Positions 52,678 through 64,000 of a stretch of DNA of 64,000 nt are shown here, in pieces (position 1 is the first letter of the stretch; the number at the start of each line of letters is the position of its first letter). Position numbers and translations under genes: made by a program. Below the pieces are notes generated by a model. The model had not been told where the DNA came from, made no database searches, and saw only the letters and a program-made list of their open reading frames with translations. The stretch is from Rhina ancylostomus (taxonomy: Eukaryota): positions 29,077,681 to 29,141,680 of the forward strand of contig JARFYF010000017.1 of NCBI GenBank assembly GCA_030265395.1, read 5' to 3'.

Positions 52678-52737
52678 TCACATGGCATCAAAATGGAATC
52701 TGTGTGCTTCCTGGCGTTTTTCCCGGTCATCTGCTTT
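52678..52737 (-). CDS. ITFG1: ITFG1 (LINKIN / T-cell immunomodulatory protein) terminal coding exon KADDREKRQEAHRFHFDAM*
   Basis: Acceptor tttaattccag then a match to the conserved ITFG1 C-terminus with TGA stop; ITFG1 is the upstream same-strand neighbour of NETO2 in human. Upstream exons were not found in the window. Confidence 0.93.
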   Translation of the reverse strand, partial: KADDREKRQEAHRFHFDAM

Positions 52738-53619
52738 CTGGAATTAAAGAAAAATGATTATTAAAAACAAATACAACTCTTCTATTTATCACACAGCACA
52801 GTTCGAGTACAATCTTTTGCTCTGACTTATTTTTTTTAAATCCTAGTTTGAACTTTCTCTGCAGGTATTTAACCAGGCTGAAAAAGTTTTTCAATAAAGA
52901 GCTGTGATATAAGTAAACAATGAGAATAGATGAAAGGAACAGATGTTTGGTCTTTCTCTGTAAAATCTCTAACAGCTAAACTAATGTTCAAAAAATAACT
53001 AGAGCACTAAATGACATTGCAAATGATATTACAAGTGGACTAAAGGAAGAATGCCCTGTTTGACATTGAAGAACATCTTTCCACAGAGGAGAATCACTCA
53101 TATTAAGCAAGAAGTGCTTCAAAGAGCTAAGTGATGGTGCTTATTTAGATAACCAAGACAACAATAAAGGCAATTCAGAGTGCAAGTAGCTTGCATTTGT
53201 ATTTGTAAAGATAAATCAAAACAAACTTCCATTAAAATCTATCTGCACCGACACTTGGTGTCACTGTTGGTATTCCTCCAATTCCAAAGTCTCAATGTTA
53301 TTGGCAGAAGAACACAGCATTTAATAGATAAGCAGAATTCACAGAGGGAAGGGCCTTGCAAATTCCTTCCCTTAAATACATGAGGACACCAAATAAAATC
53401 CTTGAAACAGAGAACACAGAGGGAATGGGCAGAATGAACCAAAGGCTTCTCTTAAGTTTGGTATTGAAGACAGAAAAAAATAATCTCTGTACCTCTGTGT
53501 TGTATAAAAAAATCCCAGATCTGAGCAAGTCTTGGGGATGTTGCTAGGCTCAATAATGATAATGTGGTTTTCTAAGCCTCATTTTATGTGCACCCATCTT
53601 CTGTCCCTGGTTGGCACAA

Positions 53620-53950
53620 TGCTGCCATGAACATTGAATCAAAGGTGGGTGGGGTCTTTGATTATGCTGGCTGCTTTACCCAAGCAGCGCAAAGTGTAGA
53701 CAGAGTCCAGGCATGTCTGCAGTTTCTTGCAGTCAAGGTCAGAGCAGTTGCCACACCAAGCTGTGATGCATCCAGATAGGATGCTTCCTACGGTGCATCG
53801 ATTAAAAATTGGTGAGGAGCAAAGGGGACGTGCCAAATTTCTTTAGCCTCCTGAGGAAGTTAAGGCACTGATGAGCTTTCTTGGCCGTGGCATCTACATG
53901 GTTGGACCATGACAGGCTATTGGTGATGTTCACTCCTAGGAACTTGAAGC
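53620..53950 (-). mobile_element. Rex-Babar-like LINE fragment
   Basis: ORF 53639..53836: RCTVGSILSGCITAWCGNCSDLDCKKLQ (DUF1891-type RT C-terminal region). Confidence 0.75.
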
Positions 53951-54259
53951 TGTTGAATCATATGCGTTCCAAAATCCACAAAGTACTCTTCCTAACTACT
54001 TTGTCCATTAAATAAAGGAAGTACACAGAAGGTAAGTTTGATGGCTGCTAAAAATAGATGCAGAGACTCACAACATACAATTAACCTGTGCCCATTAATT
54101 GCAATGCAGGCAGCAAACTACCTTTGCATTGTATGCTCATCACAATGATTTCAATACCCAGACAGCATTAACTGAATGGTTGGATGGCTGGATACATCAG
54201 CAATGGTAAGCTCTAGTTAAAACTATTGTGCACTTCTCAAAGGGGGTGGGACTGGATAC

Positions 54260-54954
54260 CCATCTTGAAGTGCTTTGAGAGGCAGTTCATGGCATGAATT
54301 AACTCCAGCTTCCAAGACAATCTCGACCCACTGCAATTGACCTACCACCAAAACAGATCTATAGCGGACACCATCTCTCTAGCCCTACACTCATCTTTGG
54401 AGCATCTGGACAGTAAAGACACCTACATTTATTGTTTATTGACTATTGTTTATTGACTACAGCTCCACTATAATTCCAAACAAACTCATCTCCAAACTCT
54501 GAAACCTGGGGCTCAACACCTCTCTTTTCAACTGGATCCTTGATTTCCTGACCAACAGACTACAATCAGCGAGGACAAGGCAGCAACACCTCCAGCACGT
54601 TTATTCTTAGCACTGGTGCCCCACAGGGCTGCATCCTCAGCTCTCTGCTCCCTATATACTCATGACTGTGTGGCCGGATTCTGCTCTAACTCCATCTACA
54701 AGTTTGCAGATGGTACCACCATAGTAGGCCATATCTCAAATATTGAGGAGTCAGAGTACAGGAAGGAGATAGAGAGCTTAGTGACATGGTGTCATGACAA
54801 CAACCTTTCCCTTAATGTCAGCAAAACAGAAGAGCTGGTCATTAACTTCAGGAAAGGGAACAGTATACATACACCTGTCTACATCAACAGTGATGAGGTT
54901 GAGAGGGTTGAGAGCTTTAAGTTCCTAGGAGTGAACATCACCAATAGCCTGTCA
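54260..54954 (+). mobile_element. Rex-Babar-like LINE reverse transcriptase remnant, running into an N-gap
   Basis: LDPLQ..Y..NRS..D.IS.ALH..LEHLDSKDTY, GAP(Q)GC.LS, SLYTHDC, KFADGTT, LSLNVSKTEELVINFRK, VESFKFLGV; frameshifted. Confidence 0.85.
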
Positions 54955-56809
54955 NNNNNNNNNNNNNNNNNNNNNNNNNNNNNNNNNNNNNNNNNNNNNN
55001 NNNNNNNNNNNNNNNNNNNNNNNNNNNNNNNNNNNNNNNNNNNNNNNNNNNNNNATTATTTCTGACCTTATGATGGAAGGAAGGCCATTGATCAGGCAGC
55101 TGAAATGGTTGGATCTGGGACACTGTCCCAAGGATGTGCTGCAGTGTTGTAATCTTCCTTTGTGCGAGGTATAAAACCACTGCAGTCTTGTTTGCTTGAT
55201 ACCCATTGACCTTGGTCTTATCAAGGCTCCTTAATGTGATACTTGGCCAAACACTGCCTTATCGCACCCATAGAATTCAACTCTTTGGAGCAGGGCTGTG
55301 ATGAGGTCTGGAGTTGGGAAGTCCTGGCCAAATTCAAACTGGGCGTCAGTGAGTACGTTATTAATGAGCAAGTCCCTCTTAATTGCAGTGTCAATGATGC
55401 CTCAGATCACTTTGCTGATTATTGAAAGCAGTGTGATATGTGCATATATTGGAGAAATATCATTTTATAGTTACTACTTTATAAAATTAGAAACCACAGA
55501 TTAGTCACAGGTCAGACAGCTTTCAGTGTTGACAGACCTGCATTGCCTATCTTGCATATTCTACCTCTGTTTCAGGTTTCTGACATTTCCATACAATTTT
55601 TAAAACTTTGTTTTCATTTGCTCACTTAATTATTTGTTAAATGTGCTGTGACTCTTGTACTGGACTACCAACATATTGTTTTTAACCAGAGTAGATGCTG
55701 CGGCTCCCATTTATGATGCAATGAACAGGTACTTTTAGGGTTAAGTTTAAAATTTTCATGCATTTCTTTTTCAAACTTTATTTTATATTCTTAAAAAATA
55801 TATTTGATAGTCTGCTTAAGTTTAAATTCTATGATAGATTATCCAGAACATATTTTCAATTAACAAAATATTGACACAAAGTAATTCTGTAAGATCTTAA
55901 ATGGAAAATTAGTTTTTTATGTCCTTCTGGTGCCAATAAAAATGAGGCAGAAATATCAGTATTCTAATATTCATGCAGTATAGCAATGACGTAAATAAAT
56001 TTGAACAGATTTTCTTTGACAGTCCTTAATACGATGTGATGGTGTGGAATGGATAATGTAGCAAGGGTGAAATGTCTGTGTTGCACCTGATCTCTGTGCA
56101 CTAAGTGATTACTTTGAGGGTGAATTTTGGGGTCGCTCTAAAATACACCTGCTGTCACATTGGAAGCAGTATCTTCATGAATCCACTGAGGCTCAGCACA
56201 TATGTTTATTTTTAACCAAAGTGGTAGGGTTTTATATGCAAGACAATACAAACTAGATTGAGACTCTAATTTATTGCCACAAGCTTAACATTCCAGACTG
56301 TGACAATGTTGAGTAACCATCGCTGAGATGCAGGCATTACTCTTTTGTCCAATAAGCTCACAATGGATACAGAGGAAACACAATCTACCATTGTTAAAGA
56401 TACATTACACTGGCAAGGTTCTGGTGTTCTAGATATCTGCCTTAATGCTTATTGTAAGCACCAAAGCCTTAAGGTTCACTTTCTATAATAAACTAAATCT
56501 GAGTTGAGCCAAATGCTCTGCTCAATTTTCCAGGTCTGCTGAATCTTAATCAAAAGCAGCTGCTGGTTTATTTCCATTCATATGAAGTCAGGAAGAGTAA
56601 TAAGCAATAAAGTTCCCTCCAAAACAGTGTTAACCCTGTGATGATGTGGGATTGCCAATGGCTCAATAGCTCAGTGGAAATATAAACAGAGGCAAATTTT
56701 ATGGCAAGTTTCTGACTGTGGCTTTGATACCTATCAAGGTGTACTACTTAGTGCCATTCTGGCATGGGACCAGTTTCTCAATTGTGATATCCCTGTAGTA
56801 ACTGGAGGA

Positions 56810-57175
56810 AATCTTTCTGATGAAAAGCCTAGATAGAATGGACGTGGAGAGCATGTTTCCATTAGTAAGCAAGTCTAGTATGTGAGGGCACAGCCTCAGA
56901 ATAAAGGGACATACTCTTAAAACTGAGATGAGAAATTTCTTCAGCTAGAAGGTGGAGAATCTGTGGAATTTGCTACCACAGAGTGCTGTGGAGGCGCAAG
57001 TCATTGGGTGTATAAGATGGAGATTGATAGGATCTTGACAGATAAGGGGGTTAAGGGTTATGGGGAGAAGGCAGGAGAATGGTGTTTAGGGGAAAAAGAC
57101 ATCAGCCATGATTGAATGATGGAGCTAACTCAATGGGCTGAATGGCCTAATTCTGCTCCTATATCTCATGGTCTT
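56810..57175 (+). mobile_element. CR1 LINE 3' end
   Basis: gagggcacagcctcagaataaaggg...ctgtggaatttgctaccacagag...gggctgaatggcctaattctgctcctatatctcatggtct. Confidence 0.85.
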
Positions 57176-58194
57176 GTACACAAGCCCCTGGCTGCACAAA
57201 TATTGTTCAACATTAATTGCAAAGAAATTATTACACCAGCAAAAGTATGATGAGCTGAGTGTCTCATGCATTTTGTGGTTTGATAATTCGATGATTAATG
57301 GGTTAAGATTTTATGTAATTTTTTTAGTTAGTGAAAGCAAGCAGTTCTTAAGACAAACTGGTCTTAAATGTCAAATCTATGACATTGTCCTGTGCCTTTA
57401 TCTGCTTCTCTGGTGGAATGCTCAGGTCCATGACCGATTAAGCATTACAACCTCTAAGAGCAGATGTCAGGAACAATCTGGAATTGAGCTCATGTCATGT
57501 AGCTGTAGCCAGATGGCAATGTGGAGAATGCTTGCTTCATTTAAACTTGAATGATTCCCAGGAAATTATTTCCTCACAAGCACCTAGTGCAACACAATTT
57601 TATTTGCTGGTTGAATATTTAAGTAGAACAGATTGTAACAGCAAGCGTCAGTGGTTTAATTTTGCATTCTGTAATTAAGTGAAGTGAAAGAAGTAATCTT
57701 AATTCAGCAGAAATGGTATCAAGACAAAACAGTATGCCATACACTATCCTTCATACTGTAATTCTAGAATTTACTTTTTTCCTTTAGTGCTGTTTATGAA
57801 ACGTAAACCTCAATCGTATCACATACAATATAATTTTAATTGGTCTTATTCCTAGGAACAAGGCTTGTTTAAGATAAGATTAATATCCATAAGAAACAGA
57901 TTAAAATTGATTAAATTGATCTTTTCAGGGAACTCTGTTCTGAAATGAGTCATTATGAGCTGCGGAACATTTATTGCCCTGAGGCATTTCTTAAACTGTT
58001 GATAGCATTTTCTTAAAGCCTCACAAGGCCATTTGGGTAGTTCAATGTCAAATATGTTGTTTTGTGCCTGGAGGTGCATATAGACTGGATTACTGTAAGG
58101 AGAGCAGATTTCTTAAGGATATGGTCCTTTAAGGACATGGATTTTACACTAATCCAATGGTCACATATTTACTTTTATTGGTACAATATTCTTT

Positions 58195-58440
58195 AAGATG
58201 GACAATGCTGATAAGATGGACGTTTGATCTTACACCCTACCTCGTTATGGCTTTGCACCTTATTGTCTCCCTGAACTGCACTTCCTCAGAAACTGTAACT
58301 CTTTATTCTGCATTCTATTATTGTTTTACCTTGTACTACCTCAATGTACTGTTGTAATGAATTGATCTGTATGAATGGTATGCAAGACAAGTTTTTCACT
58401 GTACCTCAGTACATGTGACAACAATCAACTAATTTACCAA
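58195..58440 (+). mobile_element. LINE 3' tail (probably Rex-Babar family); other copies at ~11020-11125 (+) and ~9356-9480 (-)
   Basis: Shared tgtaatgaattga.ctgtatga..ggtatgcaagacaagtttttcactgtacct..g.aca.gtgacaa terminus. Confidence 0.75.
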
Positions 58441-61400
58441 ATGATTGTTTTTCTGCAAGTAAATCCAACCTGAGAGACAATGATGAGTGGTATACTACAA
58501 GAGAGAATGGATACTAAGGTTTAGGGTCACACTGCACAGGAGAAGATGGAAGGTGGCGGAGGTGTCCTCTATCTGTACAGGACCAGAAACTTTTCAGATA
58601 CGTGCTTAGACGGCAGTGGGTGTAGAGAACCATATCCACTAAATTTAAGAAATAAAGCTCAGGGGATCTGAATGCTGGGTCAAGAGAGGTCAGTAATTTC
58701 CCATGAAAGGTTAAGTCCAGTGAATGAATCTTAAAATGCCATATTTTACTGCAATGAGAGGCCAAACTCTGCTTAATGCAACAACACCAACAACCAATGA
58801 TCTATAAAAATCTGAAATCTAAAATACTTGTTCTTACTGCATCCTCACACAGGAAGAACTACTACAACCTCACACCACAACTTACAGTTTCCACACACTG
58901 ATAGTCACATCATACAAATGCATTACACACTACTCAGGAACAAATATTTTGGATAAGGATCCAGACAGAAGGGACAGGCAAGTCCACATCTTAATTCCAT
59001 GCAGGGAATGGTGCTGGGCACCATGGCACATTTACAGGCATGTGAAATTAGGGCAGGGCATTAGACTGAGTATGAGGTCCTAAAATGATGGTGATTAGAT
59101 GCCAGCACTATTGCATTATGATTCACAGCATGATCCATCTACTCCACATACTTGAAGTGGATGTTTACAACAGGTGTGTTAATGCCATTACCAATATGCC
59201 ACCCTGCACAATTCACTCCAGAATACAATGTGTCAGCTTTGGAGCTCTAGGATTACATGCAGTGTCCAAAAAATCAGATGCTCCCGAGCCCAATTTCTCA
59301 ATAGTGGAATTATCTGCCTAGAAGATGACACACATTTGCATGATCCTGCTTTTCATTATCAGCTCACCTGGCAGTGATGATAATGGAAGTCCTTGTAAAT
59401 AACAAAGAAACACGGGGTTCTGTGATGGGCCGAAAGGGTTCCAAATAAAAAAAGCCTCGACTTCAGGAAATGTAAGTTTTGAAGAATTGCACTACTCTCT
59501 TGATATGCTTCTAAATTTCCATAGCGAAAGCATTGAATAATTTGCTTATTTTGTCTTTATGCTAAGAATTATAATTATGTTGCTGATGGTGGAATGAACT
59601 TGAAGCAGAGGTAGAGATTGTATGACGGAGTCCAGCAGATGACAAAACACTGCTAATGCTTTGTCTGTGATATGAAATTCTGAAGATCTTCTTGTAGACT
59701 TGGTAAAAATGAATACAGACAGCCAGCTTCTGGTTGAAATAAATGTGTTTACCACACCTTTCATCTGTCTCTCAATCAGTATTTAAACAAAAATCCATTT
59801 GAAAAGTTTAAGTTGCAGCAGTGAAAAAGCCGATACATCTTTAAGAACTCTCTGCTAGAATAGTTCAGAACATGCTTCCCTTCATTGCCGATTTCATATG
59901 GGTTCACTGAGCTCATGAATATGAGAATACATTTTAGGTTGGCGAGAAGACTAAGCACTGCATGATTTGGGTGGGGTATTGGCAATATAAACCATTTCCC
60001 AGTCTCAGTCTCTGCTTGCGTGTGCTGCACTGGGACTAATCATTTTGCAAACCAGAAAATTTGCCTGACTATTCTACTCAGTGCTTCACTAAATCAATCA
60101 TCATTTTGCTTTTAATTGACTACTGCATAGAAACAATATTAAAACCTCCAAAAATATGATTCACATGAACTGTAATTCAATAAAAGAAACATTGCTTAAA
60201 TCTGTGTGAAAATAAGGTCTGTTAAATAGTTGAAAAACCAAACCCAATAGTTTTATTAATATTCATCTGCCTTCATTGTTTTGAAGATATGAATTTCTTT
60301 AAATGCTCTGAAGGACACTGCTTCTAGAGGGAATACGCTGTCTGTTGTCAGTGTGGTGTGCAGAAAAGGAGACTGCATCATCAGACTAGCAATGAACCAC
60401 TTTGAAAACTTGAAAAATGTGTGTTTTTTTTTCCTTAAGTATGAAATACAGTTTTACTGACACTAATAGTTCCCAGTACCTCTTCTAAGTAGTGATTCCA
60501 CATGGATGTGTCTAGTGATGGCATTCAGGGGTTTCAATTGGTTCAGCACTCAGTCAATGGTCACATACAAAACTCAACGTGGACTTAGGAGCAGGTACTT
60601 TGACTGATTTGAAGTTTGAGAGAGTAGGAATGTTAAATGCAAATCAGCCTCTGTCACTATATGCACACATAGATACTACATTAAATCTAGATGTTTATGA
60701 TTTTGAACTCAGATTAAAAAAAACAATGAGATCAATTGGATAGCTGAATTTATCCTGCTTAAGATCTCATTTCAGGTACTGAAAGCATCAGAGCATTACA
60801 TCAGTTCCATGTATCAAATTTAAAATAGAAAATTACTTTACAAAGACGAACAAGCACATATGTACAGTCATAACAGTATGTGCTAATCTAATGACTTTGA
60901 TACTGGACCAATAACCCAGTGATCGAGGGTTCAAATCTCACTATGGGCAACTTGTAAAATTTAATTCAATTAACCTGGTAATAAAACCACCACTTTGTCA
61001 TTAAATTCAAAGTGGTTCCTACCCAGTTTGACTTTCAAGAGGCTCCATTCCCATAATAAGTAGTTGATTCTGAAGTACTCTTTATGGTGGCACCTAATAC
61101 TTTCTCAGGGCAACTAAAGCCAGCAATAAAATTGAAGAATCCCTTTAGAAAATAGTTTGCAAAATCGCAATTTTACAGGTGATACCTTTCCCCTTACTCC
61201 TGCTGCAGGGAGAGTAATAAATTAATTTCACAATTGTTAGTTCTATTCATTCAAAAGGGCGCTGCTGTAAATCCGATTGCCTTCATCTGGGGCTCCAGCA
61301 GAGGCTTTTGCTGCAGCAATCCCAGAAACTATTTCCTTTTTTTCCTCAATGAGTGGGCAGGAAGTTGGGGTGGAACTTAACCTATTGTCTTCTATGTGGA

Positions 61401-64000
61401 TAACCTGGTTAAGCGTTAGGCACAGGCTAGATCAGCAACCATTTCTAATATTCAGAGCTAAGTTCTATATTAATGGAGCTAACCTTTAATCTCTTGTAAT
61501 CTATTCTTCTTCAGATTCAAAAACTAATTGTTACATTGTCATAGTAGTTTGTCATTTGTATTCCTGGCTAACTCAAGGATACGTGTGGCTTGCCTGATCT
61601 TGACCAAGCTGCCAGTGCTTTTATTGGTTATTTCAATGATTTGTTGATTAGTGTTTTTCAATTAAGTTTAATAGTCTCTCTTCAGCATTTTGATATTTCC
61701 CAACATTGATCAATTTCAACATTGTTTGAACCTTACAGAAATCCAGTAACTTAATGAATTCTGTGCTCAATGGTAATGGGTCTATCCTGACCAAATCAGA
61801 ACTTGGAAATTTGACTAAAAATCCCATCGAAAAATTTACAGTTAACACAAATGCTTATCTGAATGGCTTTTGCACTTCTATCATCACTTACAAACAGAGG
61901 ACCACTAAGCCACAGAGTCAGACAAATATAGCAACAGAAAGCCATTCAGCCCATCATTCCAGTGCTGGCTGGCTCTTTGGCAGTTGTCCAGTTAAGACCT
62001 GTCCTTTGCATACAGCCTTTAATTTTCCAACACGTAGTCATCCAATTTGGTTTTGAAAATTACCTTTAGAAACATAGAAAAACCTACAGCACAATTCAGG
62101 CCCTTTGGCGCACAAAGCTGTGCTGAACATGTCCCTACCCTAGAAATTACTAGACTTACCCCTAGCCCTCTATAGAAATATTTGCACCAGCTTTTTAGGC
62201 AGTGCATTTCCACATCGCAATAATTCACTCTACCTGACAAAAATCCTCATTTTGTATCTGGTGTGTTTGTCACTCACCCCCAACCTAACACTTCTGGTTA
62301 TTGATCCATTTGCCACTTGTGAACAATTTCATTTTATTAAAATACTTCATGATTTTCAACACCCCAACAAGTCTCCTCTAAACATTCTATTTTCCTCCAG
62401 TCTCTCTATAAAGCTGCAATGTTACTAATTTTAAGGATGTCAAGGCATTGGAAAATTTACTAAAGTTTCTTGTTGCATTGTATTGTAATGCATATTTCAG
62501 TCCCGAAAATTGTAAAATTGTATCATTAATAGTTAATATTGCTTCCTTCAAATACTATTTGGAAAAATCTGCAGTAATAAGGAAAGCTTTAAAAGGTGAC
62601 AATAAATATTCTCAAGAATTTCATCAAACATTCATGTGTGCATTCTAAACATTAAAATAACTTTGTGCTTCTGAGGGGGTCTGACCCACAGCAATATGCC
62701 TCGACTTTTCCTACTGGGTGCAACTATTTCAGATTTGTGAAGTATATAAAGGTTGCATAATCAATAACTTAGGTGCAATCATCAACCACGCAAGCTTCTC
62801 TCATACACTGTATGATAAGAATCCTTATTTCCAACACTTTGTCTCTCTAGGAAACTTTTGTACATAGCTAATTGTACCGTTACTGTGCATCTTTGCAGTT
62901 TTTGCTTCTTTTGGAAAAGCATGAGTAAATCAAGCTTGGAGGGTTTGATTTTATATAAGAGGAAAGGATATTCATGTAGATACTACACCAAAGCTTAAAA
63001 TGAAAACATCTTAAAATAGCCTTATCCATAGTTATTCTTAAGAGCAATATACACTTAGTTCTGTATTTCATAATGCTTTCTTTATGAAACAAATAAAATG
63101 CCACAAAGTAGGGAAACTTTACTGACTCCGTACTCAGTAACAACCTCAAAAAGACACTGCATCCATCTCTCTCTGAACTTAAAAAAATGTCCTAAATAAA
63201 GAAAGATTGCCTAAGAAATGAAATTTATGGAGGATTTAAAAGGACGATGAAGGTGCTCATGCAGAGAATTCTAGAGTGTAGTGTGGCTAATAGTGGGCTG
63301 ATGGGAGGGTGAAATGCACAAGGCACTCAATTCAGAGGAAAACATTCTGGGTAGATTCTGGGTACTGCAGAATTTTATAGGGACAGGCAAAGTTGAGATG
63401 ACAAAGGCACAAAGGAGGATTTCGATAGCAGAAGATGGAGGTAACTAATCTTGCAGAGATGGAAATGGTCAGTCTTCTTGAAGCATAGGATATAAATGGC
63501 CAGCAACTTAATTGGGTTGAACAATTCACTGAATTTCCAGCCTGGTTCAACTTGAATCAGTGCCCAGAAAAAGGATGGAGTCAGCGAAGTGGGCACATAA
63601 CCTCAAGACTATACCACTTGTGAGCCACAAGATAAATATAAAGTTATAATCAATNNNNNNNNNCTCTGGACTATTCTCTTTTGAACTCAGCAATAAATTT
63701 ACTCCAGTAGGTAATCTTGCCTTTGACTTGTGCATAGCTCCAAGAAAGATTACTTTAATAAGGTTAACAAACACAAAGGCAATTCTGTGTTGTTTAGCAC
63801 TGAAAACTACAGTAAATAATATAAATGTACATAACTAGCATACAGCTTAATCGGTAGCAGTCTTGATTCATGAAATTGTGCCTACAAGTCTCTAGTACAG
63901 CAGAGACTCTAGTACAATGATGGAAGATGACACACTTTGTGCTGTTCTGAGCATGGACGACAAGGTTGGAGATGCTGTATTTCAGATGCAGCGTTAAACT

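Noticed and set aside
59373-59470. C/D box snoRNA candidate (GTGATGA)
   Set aside because: Antisense to the host gene, with no suitably placed D box or terminal stem.

Overview
Vertebrate genomic DNA, inferred to be from a cartilaginous fish (shark or ray) based on its repeats (SacSINE/DeuSINE-like, CR1, L2, Rex-Babar, Penelope-like). The assembly is a draft with 7 N-gaps. The main content is a complete 9-exon NETO2 gene (kainate-receptor auxiliary subunit) on the minus strand, CDS 48731->6888 (1581 nt, 526 aa, all introns GT-AG), under a multi-kb CpG-rich promoter region. The last coding exon of ITFG1 (52678-52737, minus) lies just upstream, matching the ITFG1-NETO2 order known in human. The most unusual feature is two intact, splice-flanked HOMER-family EVH1 exons (157 and 132 nt; closest to HOMER2 but diverged) inside NETO2 intron 6 on the same strand. 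They lie on a ~3.9 kb segment bounded by N-gaps on both sides, so this is either a mis-scaffolded contig or a real nested/duplicated Homer fragment. Other points: an in-frame alternative donor extending NETO2 exon 2 by 22 aa, a decayed Gypsy element carrying a 33-bp micro-retroinsertion with an 11-bp TSD, a nested L2/Tigger/LINE-tail cluster, and a perfect 16-bp inverted repeat in intron 4. Most short ORFs in the track are spurious or repeat-derived. Exon boundaries were read by hand; repeat boundaries are approximate; comparisons with known genes are from recall, not database searches.
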